Positions 28,484-41,759 of a DNA stretch of 64,000 nt are shown here, piece by piece. Source of the DNA: Chrysomallon squamiferum (Eukaryota > Animalia > Mollusca). Under the pieces are notes generated by a model that searched no databases, was not told where the DNA came from, and was given only the letters and a program-made list of their open reading frames with translations. The translations under genes were made by a program, and so were the position numbers. The first letter of the stretch is position 1. Each line of letters begins with the position of its first letter. The DNA is taken from the NCBI GenBank assembly GCA_012295275.1, contig CM022672.1:23498001-23562000 (forward strand). Reading direction: 5' to 3'.

Positions 28484-28832
28484 TCCGTTTCAGATATGCC
28501 CTTTGCTAAATTAATTTCAAATCCATCTTGACATATATTAATTTATTCGTTTCTGAAAGGTCCTTCGCTAAACTCTTTGCAATCTCTTTGATTAAAAAAA
28601 AAGAAGTCCTTATTACTTCCAGAAATGGCCTTTGCTAAACTGTTTGTAACTGCACCCTAAAAGATGTTAATTCATTCGTTTCTGATATGGTCTTCGCTAA
28701 ACACGTTGTGATATTTGCTGAACATACGTTTACTCTTTCTTTTCACAAATAGCCAATGCTAACTGTTTGTATTTGCTCTGTTAAACATGTGTTTATCTAT
28801 TCGTTCTGATCAGAAATGGCCTTCGCTAAGCT
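28484..28832 (+). repeat. Six-copy 62-67 bp tandem duplication of the AKH splice-acceptor/start-codon junction
   Basis: CAGAAATGGCCTTCGCTAA-like cores at 28491, 28553, 28620, 28682, 28744 and 28811. Confidence 0.8.
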
Positions 28833-29004
28833 GCTTGTGGTTGTCTTTCTTCTGGTCTGCGTCATTTCTCAGTCTCGCTGTCAGATCAATTTCTCTCCGA
28901 CATGGGGAACTGGAAAGAGAAGCCTGCCACTCTTTGAGCAGCAAAGATCTTGCCTGGGCAAATCCGACATGAGAATTTTATACAATCTCGTCAAAATAAT
29001 ACAG
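28816..29004 (+). CDS. AKH: AKH/RPCH-type (GnRH superfamily) neuropeptide precursor, first coding exon: signal peptide, pQINFSPTWGTamide, GKR, start of the precursor-related peptide
   Basis: Reads MAFAKLLVVVFLLVCVISQSRC (hydrophobic signal), then QINFSPTWGT-G-KR with the AKH pattern pQ1/F4/S5/W8/G9 and an amidation plus dibasic cleavage site. Acceptor AG at 28812-28813; phase-0 donor CAG|GTAACA at 29005. Peptide codons are 28882-28911. Confidence 0.93.
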
Positions 29005-29511
29005 GTAACATTTTTTTTTTTTTTTTTTTTTTTTTTTGCACACATTTTTTATTTGATTTTGTCTTTCACACCTTCCGATTCTAAATAGTGTATACAACTG
29101 GTGCATTATTTAGATTCAGTACTGCACTATGAAATGTTTATTATAATGCTTAATAAAATCCGCAACAGCTCCAGAAAAAGTGGTAATAGTAGTTGTAAAA
29201 ATGGTACTAGTATTAGTGGTAATACTATTAGTATTAGTAGTATTTGTAATGGCTGAATAGTAGTAATAGCAGCAACAGCAGCAGCAGTAGTAGTAACAGC
29301 AACAGGAATCACGTTTAAAAGCCAAGGCAACAGAACAATTAATTTCATTATCATCATCATCATCATCTTCAATGTACATACATATTATTATATTTATTAT
29401 AATTATTATCATTAACCAGTAATATCGTACGGAGAGGTTATAAAATTACTATTATTTATTTAGTAAGTTTGTTTGCTATTACTAATCAGATTTGTAATTT
29501 GTATCTTACAG

Positions 29512-29574
29512 AAAGAATCAGAACTGATGATTTCGTGTTTAAATGGTGAAGATGAACTCATGAAACAGCAGTAA
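29512..29574 (+). CDS. AKH: AKH precursor, second coding exon (KESELMISCLNGEDELMKQQ*)
   Basis: Acceptor gtatcttacAG at 29510-29511, phase 0. The join IQ^KESELMISC matches the IQxEAxxLxxC motif of AKH precursor-related peptides. Ends TAA TAG; the exact C-terminus could differ if a further 3' exon is used. Confidence 0.85.
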   Translation, partial: KESELMISCLNGEDELMKQQ

Positions 29575-30600
29575 TAGCTTTGTCGACATGTACGTTATTA
29601 ATGGTAAATTTACCTATATGTATGTTACTAGAGATATCTTCAGCGGGACCTAACTTGTTAGCTAGAACTTTATCTGCAGGTATTCTGCAAGGGATATCTT
29701 TATAAAATGCCTACATTATTATAACTTTGACTACATGTACGTTATCAGCGATATCTTTATCGATACGTATGCAGTTAGTAAAAACTTCATTTACTTGTAT
29801 CTTAATAGTGATATCTTTATCTTCACCTTCATAAAATTGTCTGCATCTTTGTTAGTAGCTCAACTGTATCTACACATTCATTACTAGGCATAATCGTATA
29901 TATACATTAGTTACATACATAACTTAACCAATAACGTCGTTAGTAGCCATAGCATGTCGCTATTAACATAACTTGATCTACGTTTTCGCTACTAGCTCTA
30001 ACATTAACTACAAAGTCGTTACTAGCATAACTGTATCTTCACCTTCTTTACTAGAATAACTGTCCTACACACTCGTTACTCTCCATAACTATACCTGCAT
30101 CTTATTTAATAACCATAACGTTATCTAAACCTTCGTTAATAGCCATGACTTTATCTACATTTAATTTAATATAACTTTATATACAGCTTTGTTACTTACC
30201 ACAACTTTATCTATTTAGTTACCAGCATAACTTCACCTACAACTTAGCTGCCAGCATAACTTCACCTACAACTTAGCTGCCAGCATAACTTCACCTACAA
30301 CTTAGTTACCAGCATAACTTCACCTACAACTTAGTTACCAGCATAACTTCACCTACAACTTAGTTACCAGCATAACTTCACCTACAATTTCGTTACTAGC
30401 CATGATTTTACCTACATTTTCGTTGGTAGCGAGAACGTTATCTAAACCTTCGTTACTAGCAATGTGATACACGTACGTTGTTTCACACAGTCCTGCTACA
30501 AATACTGATTACTTTACCTACACTCTCTTTATTTATAGGGTCGATATTAGTGATATATACGCCCGCCAGATCGTTATTAATTATAATTTCACGTATATTT
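29570..30600. repeat. ~29-30 bp minisatellite, degenerate over ~1 kb, with a homogeneous 6-copy core at 30215-30389
   Basis: Core unit TTAGTTACCAGCATAACTTCACCTACAAC; diverged units (CGTTACTAGCATAACTTTATCTAC-like) flank it on both sides. Confidence 0.85.
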
Positions 30601-31533
30601 GGATTATTAGTAGCGTCTTTAATACATTGTTAGTGATAACTTGATTAACTGTTTCTAAATATATGTTATGCAGGTTATATGAATATTATTATTATTATTA
30701 ATATTATTATTATTATTTAATTATTTTGAATATTTTTTTTAACAATTACCATACAAGCAGCAAACAAAATTAATTCTATTAATGAATGGAGAGTATACAT
30801 GCTTCCAGGAAGTAATCAGTTATTTTTCATTTACGTTTTAATTAATCATGAAGGATACTGCCTAAATTACATAGTATTTTAATTGAAAACTGTTATCCGA
30901 GATTTACGAAAACATCTGATACTAGTATTTTTATTAGTATCCCATTAAGTTTCTCTCTCATTTCGTCTCACACGCACACACATACGGTCACAGACCTGTG
31001 TGTACACACAACTCCTACCTCTGTTTACTTGCAGTACGGTTGCAGCCGTGAATCTTCATTTAATTATATTAACATGTATGAGAGCGATTAGCGTACAATT
31101 AATAATTTAAAAATAATTAGTATATTTCTTTAAATACCCATTATATATTTAGCTTGTTTTAATTGAAAAGTTTCATTAACTGTTTTAAGATTAAACTGCT
31201 GTCATTTTTGTATAGAAAAATAATTAATTAGTTATACATGCTTTAATAAAATGTACGCAGTATAAATACACCGAAACGGGTATAATATAGACAAAATGCG
31301 AGATTCTAATAAGTTTCCTTTATTTTTATTTTTATTTTTTTTTTCTATTTTCAGACATTGCCAGGATCATCTTATCTGTGTTTCAGAAGTTCTAGTTAAT
31401 AAGGAGACCCATAGATGACTGAATATTTTGTTTTTATTTGCTGCTTTGGAAACAAATAAACACTAAAACTAAATTATATCGGCTTTACAAATCATCATTA
31501 TGCATGACAGTGGAAATTTCAATTTTTTCTTAA

Positions 31534-31565
<32 letters not shown>

Positions 31566-32887
31566 CTTTTATAATTTCTTTCTTTCTTTCTTTATTTATT
31601 TTTTTTTTAGTTATTTATTTATAATGAATTAGAAAATAACGTGAAAAATGTATTTAAATACCGAAACAAATAATACTAATCTAATTTACTAAATGATTCT
31701 ACAGGTTTTAAAAACGTGTCGGCAACTAATCTTTAATAAACACGAAAATATGCCTATGGTTGTTATGTTGTTTTAATATGAAATGTTATAAATATTCGGG
31801 AGAAAAAAGAAGAACTGACACACAATGGAATATTCTGGTAGCTTTCTACAGAAAACTTGGCGAATTTTACATTCATATTTAGATGAAAGGAAACAATCTT
31901 CTCCTTTTCAAAAATTCACACCCACATCCGTACGTATATGTATATACACACATATACGTCTAGCCGAGTATAGAATAACAGTTCATTAGCTAGGCGGTGA
32001 CCAGTGATATAATTCTTTTAACTGTCTCCTATCCTTTATACACCACAAAGTCATTGTCCTCTCAGCGTAGTTTTTAAAATAATAAATATTGTGGCTGGAT
32101 TGTTTATTAGTGCATGTGCCTTTTTATTTCTCTGTATTGTTCAAAGTTTAACACACAAGTACGTACATACATACATACACATACACAAATACATACAACG
32201 TACATGCATATGTGCGATTTCAAGATTACTTTATTAACCAGATCGTATATAACAGAATGGACTCGCCCTTGTGTTGCGCGCAAGTCTTCATCACGTTAAA
32301 CTCGAAATTCAATAAATTAACTGACAAATACCAGTCTCGTGTGTAAAAAAACCTGTCGCCTTTTTAACTTGAACTGTAACTAATTAAATCACATGACATG
32401 TTTTCTCGATCGTATTACGTTAACACAGTAGTGCTTAGTTAAACATTTAAAAAAAATATAAAAAAAAAAAATGATTTATATATTTGGATTTATTACAAAT
32501 TTGCTTATTCAATATTCCGCTATTTATCATAGTTAGGCTAATCGGAAAAAATCACAGAATAAAGCTCCATTGCCTTTGTTGTTGTTGTTATTGTTGTCTG
32601 ATGATGGTTTAATGCCGTTGTTGTTGGCTGTTGTTTGATGGTGGTTGAATTCCGTTGCTGTTGTTGTTGTTTGATTTTTGCAATTCAACCCGATAATAAT
32701 TCATTATTAGTAGATTTCTACATGCAAATGCCTGAATCAGTCACTGAATATTTAAATAGAATTTATGAATCATGCGATGTAATATCTCATCCTAAAATTA
32801 TTCTCTTATTTCTTCAATTCATTGTTATAGTAATTTATATAACACTGAAAGATATCATAACTCATGCATGCGGCATCCTTGTAGACA

Positions 32888-32990
<103 letters not shown>

Positions 32991-33975
32991 GTTCAAAGTT
33001 TAATAACAATCTGGTTATCAATTAAGTACTTTCACAAACAATTGTTACCATTTATGACAAAGTTATGACCATTGCAAACCAAACTCATTTGCAGAGACCA
33101 GACGTGACTCGATCCGAATTTCGAACTTCTTCACAAAAATTCTTATTATGAATGCTGTCAAAATGTCATGGCTGTTACTTTAACACCTGGACGAAACTAA
33201 TTATAAAATAACGTGTTATAGGAGCAACATCACTGCTAGTTGTATATTGTTTTCCTTTGCCATTTCAAAATTTGTTAATGTCTTGTTACAGCATGGAACA
33301 TATATTTTCACCTTGAAAGTAAGGATTTTAATTAATTGAGAAAGATTATAAAATGGTTTTGATATATTATAAAGTACCATCATAATGAAACTCTGCTTAA
33401 GCTATTTGTAAAAACAGCAACAAATTAAATCAACCATTTCACTTCCTATTATCAAGCATGCTTGTCAGTTGTTATTGTCGTCGTTGTTGTTATTACTGTA
33501 AAACTTCAAACGGCTAACTCACTCGTCTTTCAAAGTCTTCCTAATTAGCATTTTTAACGTCCTTATCAGGTGTATTATGAAATTTGTATGATGATGATGA
33601 TGATGATGATGATGACAGTGATCTAAAACAACAATTCGTTGCCCACGATGTGCTAATAATAGCAAAATGCCTTTATGCGTCTTTCCGTCGACATAATTTC
33701 ACTGTTCTCACCAAGCACTGGCATTTTTCATCACTCATAGCAGTTATATATAGCTTTCATCAGCTAATTAGAAATAGCATAGACCGGTATCATAACAACA
33801 TGGCCTTACAGGGCTGCATTACTTTGTTTTCAATGAACGCGAAAAATCGTAGTGTGTGAACTAAAATAGTGTCCCAAGTGTCTGCGTGGGATTTCATAAC
33901 TTGATTAACTATTACAAGTGTAGTATGGTGGGTGATAAGCAATATCTGTATATTTATCTGTCTTTCCTTCAGTCG

Positions 33976-34064
<89 letters not shown>

Positions 34065-34244
34065 CACCCACCTTACAAGAAATACTTTTCTTGTCAAGTT
34101 AGGGGTTTTATCCCTTTATTTTTCTACATTATTTATTCAGTTTCTTTCTCACTCTTTTTTTTTTTTTTTTCTTTTGGTAAAATTTCTTCTTCATTTTATT
34201 TTATTTATATATTTATATATTTATTTATTACTTTATTTCACACA

Positions 34245-34319
<75 letters not shown>

Positions 34320-34784
34320 GAACGATAAATGTTCTTCTTTCAAGTTTTTCTTTAATTCTTACTGAACATATTTCCTTGATCCTCCACAAAATCTAACATA
34401 AAAAAAAAACCTCTGAGCTGTATGTGCATGGACGTTTATCACATTGCTGAAGTTATTTTGACCGAGAATTTCTTTCCACAAACAACATTCTAATGCTCAT
34501 AAATTTTTCTGACGATATCATCTGAACAGTTCAATAATGATATTATCCAATTGTTTTGATTAGATGGTGTCCGCCCACACATAACAACCTCAAGATAATA
34601 TAATGTCAGCTTCTTCTAATATTTATATCTTTTCACATACATTTGAATTAGCAGTAACTAGGGTTAGAATCGTGAATGAAACGATTCGATCAGTTATCAC
34701 AGTGAATACTCGGCGCTGTTTCTCTCACAGCTATAAATAAAAAAATAAAAAAATGTTTATGGTTTGTGCTTTCCTGTCAATGAT

Positions 34785-35522
34785 TATTACTTCTGCCACT
34801 ACTGTTGCTATTAAAACTATCTCTATTTCTGGCAGTGCTATTACTGCTATTATTACAACTATTAGAACTGCTACTAATAGTAGATATCTAAATTTGTTCT
34901 AATTAATAATTAAACAAAGTAACATTAACGAGTCGTTAATCAGACTATTTCATTTATTACCATTATTACTACTACTTCTCTTAATACTGCTACTAACGAT
35001 TCTGTCCACTATAACTACTGCTGCTAATATTATACAGCTACCAAAACAAATATTACCAAAACACAGTGTAACAATTACGGTCTACTACTATTTCTGTCTA
35101 TTAGTTTTCCTATTAAACGTTTAGCACTATATCTGCTAGTACTACTGCCTCTATTTCTATTACTGTGTAGAACAATGAGAACTACTGCTGTTACTACCAC
35201 TATTACTGTCACTACTATTACTACCACTACAACTACTACTACTATTATTACTACTGCTATTGCTACTGTTAGACTACTATCAGTAAAACTATTGCTATAG
35301 AACAACAATAACCACTGTTATTACTACTACTATTACTATTACTACAACTACTACTATATTACACTACTATATTATACAACTATATTATACTACTATCAGT
35401 ACAACTATTACTGTACAACAACAATAACCACTGCTATTACTACTACTACTACTTCTACCACCACTACCACCACCATCACTATTACTACTACCACTGAGGC
35501 TGCTACTATTACTACTACTATT
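34785..35522. repeat. Cryptic (ACT/ATT)n trinucleotide-rich tract
   Basis: Degenerate ACT/ATT/GCT/ACC triplet runs. Confidence 0.75.
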
Positions 35523-36758
35523 TAAATATGTATAAAAAAAAAAACATTCTGCTCTAATGTAAGAAACATTGACTATGTTTGAAATCATTTTAAGTCACAG
35601 ACAGTTTAATCATTCAAACAGTGAGTTTAAATATTGATATCTAATCACTGGAGTTTTCCTGTATAACAACACATGCCAATTTTGTGTGTTTTATTATTTA
35701 AATGTTATCCGCTAGTACTAATTACTACGCGATAAGTATTCTAGTTCATTTGTTTGTTACGCTTTGTAAGATGCCTTTTTTGAAATAGAGCGGTCGAACA
35801 GTAATAAAAGAAAACATTTTTGTTTTTAATTTTAAAACGACATTAACATATGTGATAGACTTAACTGGCCCCAAATTAATTTTAGCACAAATGTTTTCAG
35901 ACTGCGAATGCAGGAATATTTAAATGTCTTGACTTGTTACAATTTCTCTCTTTTAATAAATAGCTTTTATGTAATAATAAAGATTATTTGTTGGTCTCTA
36001 AATCATTGTGTGTTTTGAAACAAACGCAGTAATCAAAATATCATTACAACTTTTATTTTTATGAATGACAAAAGAAAAATATTGTTTCAGTTCGTTAGCA
36101 GGCGACATGATGATGCAGTTTTAAAGTAATGTTTTATAAATAAATAAAAAAAAAAAAAAAAATCGCATTGTAAAATACCTTTATTCTCCATTTTTATTTT
36201 ATTTTATTTTATTTTTTTTTTTTTTTTGTGCTTCAAAACTGCAGAAATATAATCTAATAACCTAGCTGAAAAGAACCAAACCAATTAATCTATGGATATA
36301 CGATAGCCAGCTATTATAGTCTACACCCAATCTGCACGAAGCTGTAACGAATGAGATATTAAGAAATTCTGGAGTGTCATACTGAAAGTGTCTATAACTG
36401 GAATGTTCGGAAAGCACAGATCTCACTGGCGACGTACTTTCAATTTCGTGTGTTTTCTGAAAGCAAATCTCTGTTTGGACATTTTTGTACACATGTACAG
36501 CAGGCTGTAAAATGTTATAGGAAAAAAAATCTTATCTTTTATCTGAACGTCAAAACTCACGATTACTACAACAACGACGACGTCGATGATGATTATAACA
36601 ACGATACTGATACTAAACGATTTAATAACCGTAGTAACTGACTTAGGTAAAAATTAAACTATTTTTGATAAACAGTTCAAATGTAGGTTTTAGTATTGGA
36701 AATCATTAAAGAAAAAAGAAAAAAGAAAAATTATAAATTAAATGAATGAATTAATGAA

Positions 36759-36789
<31 letters not shown>

Positions 36790-37152
36790 AAATGAATAAA
36801 TCAATGTATGAATGAATGAATCTAAGCTAGCGTGGACATAAATGACAATAACAATAACAATGCCGAGTTCTTAAAACACCGTCTAGACTGGCACCATGTT
36901 TCGTATATTTACCGTAATCATGCTAATAAAGAAGTACATGTAATTGCGAAACACTTCAGTTCACTTTTTAAATGATTTATCTGTTGAAAATGTCGTGGTC
37001 TTACACATTTGATGTTTCGTGTTGAGCGAATCAGACATCTTCTATTGATTTATAACCAAACGAAGGTGTGTCTCATTTTGCTTGTTTCGCGAACGAATGC
37101 ATAGCTTATCGAAACGTCTATTAATTATTAAGAGCTGGATGTGATACGACGG

Positions 37153-37284
37153 TATAAATAGACTTGTCGGAGAAAAAAATAAAATTGCCTTTTGATCTGA
37201 TAATTTTGTTCCATACCAATCTGGCCGTGATATCTCCTTAACAGAGATCTTGCCATTTGAAGACGAATTGCGATATGGGTAAGT
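37153..37284 (+). promoter_or_regulatory. TATA box and first exon of the second neuropeptide gene
   Basis: TATAAATA at 37153-37160 and consensus donor GG|GTAAGT at 37279. The exon ends ATGG (37275-37278), which joined to 40877 reads ATG GTG ACA ATG GTG, in frame with the precursor. Confidence 0.6.
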
Positions 37285-37590
37285 ATTGACTTGTTGATGT
37301 TTTAGAAGCCGAAAAAAAGTTATTAAAATCCTTTATCTAAATTTTATGTCGCAATAAAACAAAAGAAAGACGTGATAGCTGTCTAGATTTAATGTAATAT
37401 TTATGAACTCTATCAAATGTGTCTCGCTGTAATACTATTTTAGCGTCGTTTATTTTGTCATAAATTTTTTATTAATATATTTCGAACAAGTTATTTATTT
37501 TTCTTTTTTTATTCATTTATTTCATATATTATTTATCTATTTTATTGTAGTCAACAGATTTAAAAGATTTATTCTTTCCTTTCAGTTATA

Positions 37591-37674
<84 letters not shown>

Positions 37675-38591
37675 ATAATATATAACTGTTTCAGATTATT
37701 TTTCATCACATACAGTGAATTGTATTTGGAGAAATATGATTTTTTTTTTTTGTTAGTTGTCTTTTTTGTCTATTTACTGTATATATATATATATATACAC
37801 ACACACACAGTACTGGTAGCAAATGACTAAGTTTCATAACATGATTGAATCTGTATTGCAGAAAAAAAAATTTTAAAAGCATTTGGGAGATCAAAATATG
37901 GCTTTATCAATTTTATTAGTGTATAAATATAAATATTTATATCTTAACAATTTTATTGATATGTATGTTACTAAAGTTCTTTTCTCCGCCAACTAAGCAA
38001 CCATTTTGAAAAATGGCAACCATTTCCTGTAAATAGCATAGTTTGATTCAAAATACAATATCGTTAGTGCTAAGTTTCGGGTTTCTATCTAATTTAAGGA
38101 TTAATATTTTAATTTTTTTCTGCCCAAAAGTCTGTATTTTAATACCAATGGACCACATTTTGATTCTCACGAAACCAAAACTCTTTATAAAAACAAAAAC
38201 TATATCACAGTCTTCATATGGTATTTATCTCATTTTGAAGATGGTAAAAACAACATTAAAAAAAATATCGGTTCGGTAAGATATTTTTCAGTTTCATCTT
38301 AGCATTTAGGAAGTTGTTGGGTTCTTTTAATTATTCTCGAACTGGAATTATGTCAAATGCTAATGATCCACGAAAAAGTGCTGTGTAGTGTATTTTCTTC
38401 GCTTGCCTCTATTCTACAAATCGTTTTTTGCGGAGAGTAACGTGTGTGTGTGTGTGTGTGTGTGTGTGGTATTATAAGGTATAATATGTGTGGTGGAGTA
38501 TGGTATAGTATATATTTATGTTTGTGCATATCTGGGTCTGCCTGTCTATTTAACTCTATAAACTTGTAAATTATCTCTCTTGCCATTAATT

Positions 38592-38622
<31 letters not shown>

Positions 38623-38862
38623 TCAAATATGTTAATTTTAAAAGAAAGAAAAATTCAGATTTAAAAAAATAATGAAATGAAAGAAACGCCAAAAAATGGC
38701 AGTTAGAAATGCTGATTCGTCAAAACCTCCTTCTGCAGCAATCGATGCGAGCAGTTTAAGGGAAATCGTAATAAAAATACACGGCGATCCATGACATTGT
38801 TTCAATACGTTAATCACTTCCTAACAGAGTTACATTATATAATGAAATGGCATTACAAAATA

Positions 38863-39401
38863 CAGTGGAACCACGAGTTACGAACAAATCGGATTACGAA
38901 CATTGATCTTGGGCAATATTTGTCTCGGTTTACGAATAATGTCCCGAGTTACGAACTACAGCGACGAACCACGACAAGCTTTCTTTTGACGTCGATATTG
39001 ACGTCAACATCTAGTAAAGATAAGAATAGATGCTTATGTCAAAACCGAGGTCAAAGTAAGGATTATAGGCATGCCCTACAGCAAATATATATCATGAATT
39101 AGGTCTTTAATCTTTGATACGCAGTTATAGCTCAAGAGCTTTTACATTGAGATCGTGCGCTCGCATTTTTTAAATGTTTGCTGCTTTTATGTGCATCTTT
39201 TTTATTATACCCTATCCATAGTGGCGCCCAAGAAAACAAAAAGTGACACCGATAATACTGGTGGAAAGTATAAACTTATCACAGTAAAGGTTAAGAAAGA
39301 AATAACTGCAAAACATTTAGTGGTGTTCGTGTGTCTGATATCGCTTCGGTTTACAAACCGAGTTCTGGAACGAATTAAGTTCGTAACCCGAAGTTCCACT
39401 G
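38863..39401 (+). mobile_element. Tigger/pogo non-autonomous element with both TIRs
   Basis: TIRs CAGTGGAACCACGAGTTACGAAC and GTTCGTAACCCGAAGTTCCACTG (20/23 match), with TA on both sides. Internal remnant APKKTKSD...ITVKVKKEITAKH/GVRVSDIA (frameshifted). Confidence 0.88.
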
Positions 39402-39688
39402 TACTAAAAGACAAAGAAAGGATAAAAACAATAAACGTTTGCTTGTATGTTCGAAACCATAAGCACTGCGTTAGCTATAAAGATGGTTCAGTGACTTATT
39501 TTTTAATAATGTGCCACATTTTGTTACGTAATTTAGAATGTGCTCTTTAAGATATGCAAATGTTTCTAGTGATTATTTATGATGAAGCCGAGGTTATATC
39601 TAGTACAAAATTACAGCTTATGGATCTATCATTTTAAGCTGGTCAGTAACGACTTATATATATATATATATACATATATATAAGTTGA

Positions 39689-39813
39689 GTTACCTGTGTT
39701 CTTAATTCTTTAAATACTCTGTCCCAGTATCAAGGGTAGTATATACATAGTATATACATATACTACCCTTGATACTGGGACAGAGCATTTAAAGAATTAA
39801 GAAAACAGGTAAC
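39689..39813. repeat. Near-perfect inverted repeat (55-bp arms, 15-nt loop)
   Basis: Arms 39689-39743 and 39759-39813 are reverse complements with 2 mismatches. Confidence 0.92.
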
Positions 39814-39964
39814 GACTTTTCGTAAAAATATTTTAGTTCATTTGAGTTCACTGATATGTCCTCAATCTTTCACAACTGTTATTTAATACCAGTCTAGCAC
39901 TAATTAGTTTTTGGCAGCGTTTCAGCAGATGTGTAATGGGGGTCATCTGCAATAGTGAAACAGA

Positions 39965-40159
39965 CATACACAAACACACATACATATACATACATACATA
40001 CATACACACATGCGTATATACATATATACATACATACATACATACATACATACATACATACATACATACATACATACATACATACATACATACATACATA
40101 CATACATACATACATACATACATACACACATACTGATACACACACACACACACACACAC
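39965..40159. repeat. (CATA)n/(CA)n compound microsatellite
   Basis: Read directly from the sequence. Confidence 0.95.
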
Positions 40160-40537
40160 AGATACCTATATTACCAATGAAAAACAAAACAAACAAATTT
40201 ATTCAATACACAGTATACATGTAGAAGAGCAATTACAGTAAATAAATAAAAACATTATGTAAGACCGGACATAATCTAAGGAGAATAGAAATCATAGAAA
40301 TTTGGTTTTATTAATTTTATATATTTTTATTTTATTTTTACGTGATCTAAATGGGGTTATGCTGCTAATAATAATTACTGGATAAAACAACGAAACAATA
40401 CATTTCACTGGGTTTTATAAACGAATGTTACGAAAGATATTAAAAGCCAGGTTTACTTTGTTTTTCTATCTGTTCAAAGAAATAATGAGAGATGCGTATT
40501 AAGATACCTTGAATGTTTTGTTGGGTCTTTTGGGGGT

Positions 40538-40568
<31 letters not shown>

Positions 40569-40881
40569 TAAAAGCCCCAACAGAAAGCCTTACTGATATG
40601 TCTGATTTAATTGCCTTTCAGACGTCATCATTACAGAAAGAGAAAACAAAATTATTATAGTGTTTTATAAAAGGTTAACACGAAAAAGAATGAGATGTAA
40701 GAAAATAAATGTTCATAAGTTAATAATTATGATAAATATATACTGTGTGTGTTTATCTGTGTGCGCGGCGCGCGTTTGCGTGTATGTTTTTATGTAAATA
40801 TCATGAACAGCACTTGTTTTCATTGATGAAACTAAATAATTAAAAAAATTAACTTCATTTTTATTTACTATTTCAGTGACA

Positions 40882-41079
40882 ATGGTGCGATTTGCAATCC
40901 TCATAGTTTTATATGCATGTCTAAGTACTCTCATGGGACCACATTTGTGTCATGCGCAATGGGCACAAAGTAATGGATGGGGAGGAGCAGGTGCAGGACA
41001 GGGCAAACGATCGTCTGATACAACAATGATTTGTAGACCAAATCCCAGTGTAATACACCTAATTTCAATGTTATCAAAG
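40882..41079 (+). CDS. Atypical GnRH/corazonin/AKH-superfamily neuropeptide precursor, main coding exon: signal peptide, pQWAQSNGWGGAGAGQamide, GKR
   Basis: Reads MVRFAILIVLYACLSTLMGPHLCHA (signal), QWAQSNGWGGAGAGQ-G-KR, then SSDTTMICRPNPSVIHLISMLSK. Acceptor tttcAG at 40875-40876; phase-0 donor AAG|GTTGGT at 41080. The SNGW core is as in molluscan GnRH/corazonin. Peptide codons are 40957-41001. Confidence 0.88.
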
Positions 41080-41728
41080 GTTGGTACAATCCTTTATTAA
41101 GGCAAATAAAAAAGACAAGTATTTAAATTAACCAAAAAATCAGATATTTTTTTTTAAATGTAGCGATCAGTTTACTGGTATTTATTTATTTAGTTGTTTG
41201 TTTATTTTGTTTATTTGTCTGACTGCTGTTTTTTGTTGTTTTCTGTCTGTATGTTCTTCTTCTTCTTCTTATCATCACCATCATTATTTTGTTTACCTGT
41301 GGGTCAGTTATTTCCATCAAAAGTATTTCGAATGTCCTCATGTTCGAGCAAATGAATCACTTAACCATTAGAAACAAGCTCACATTCAGTGACGTTTCAA
41401 ACAGCTCTGTAACAGGCACACAGTCGAGAACTGTCAGTTACGAGCCAAAGCAATGCGTGTTATGTGTTGAAGAATTAGACGGAAAATAAAGTAGTAATTT
41501 TAAATCTCTCGAGTAAGCTATACTTAGGCTCAGCAGCGGAGACTCGGTACACGCAAATGCCATTCTTTAGGCTATTGGTTCATCCACTTTGTCAACGAGT
41601 ATTTTTAATTTTAAAGAGATTTGAATAAACTGAAAGAGTCTCATTTACATCCGCACACTTATGCGGTGACAAAAATAATTATTGTTTCCTGTCAAACGTA
41701 TATGCTGTCCAGCTTTAAAAAAAAAAAA

Positions 41729-41759
<31 letters not shown>

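Noticed and set aside
29005-29088. Read-through C-terminus VTFFFFF... of ORF 28816-29088, and VGTILY of ORF 40876-41100
   Set aside because: This is intron sequence after clear GT donors; the conserved xE-x6-C motif lies in the downstream exons.
30215-30389. Regular 29-bp repeats superficially like a CRISPR array
   Set aside because: No unique spacers, eukaryotic context and no cas genes; it is a minisatellite. The same applies to the 62-67 bp array at 28484-28832.
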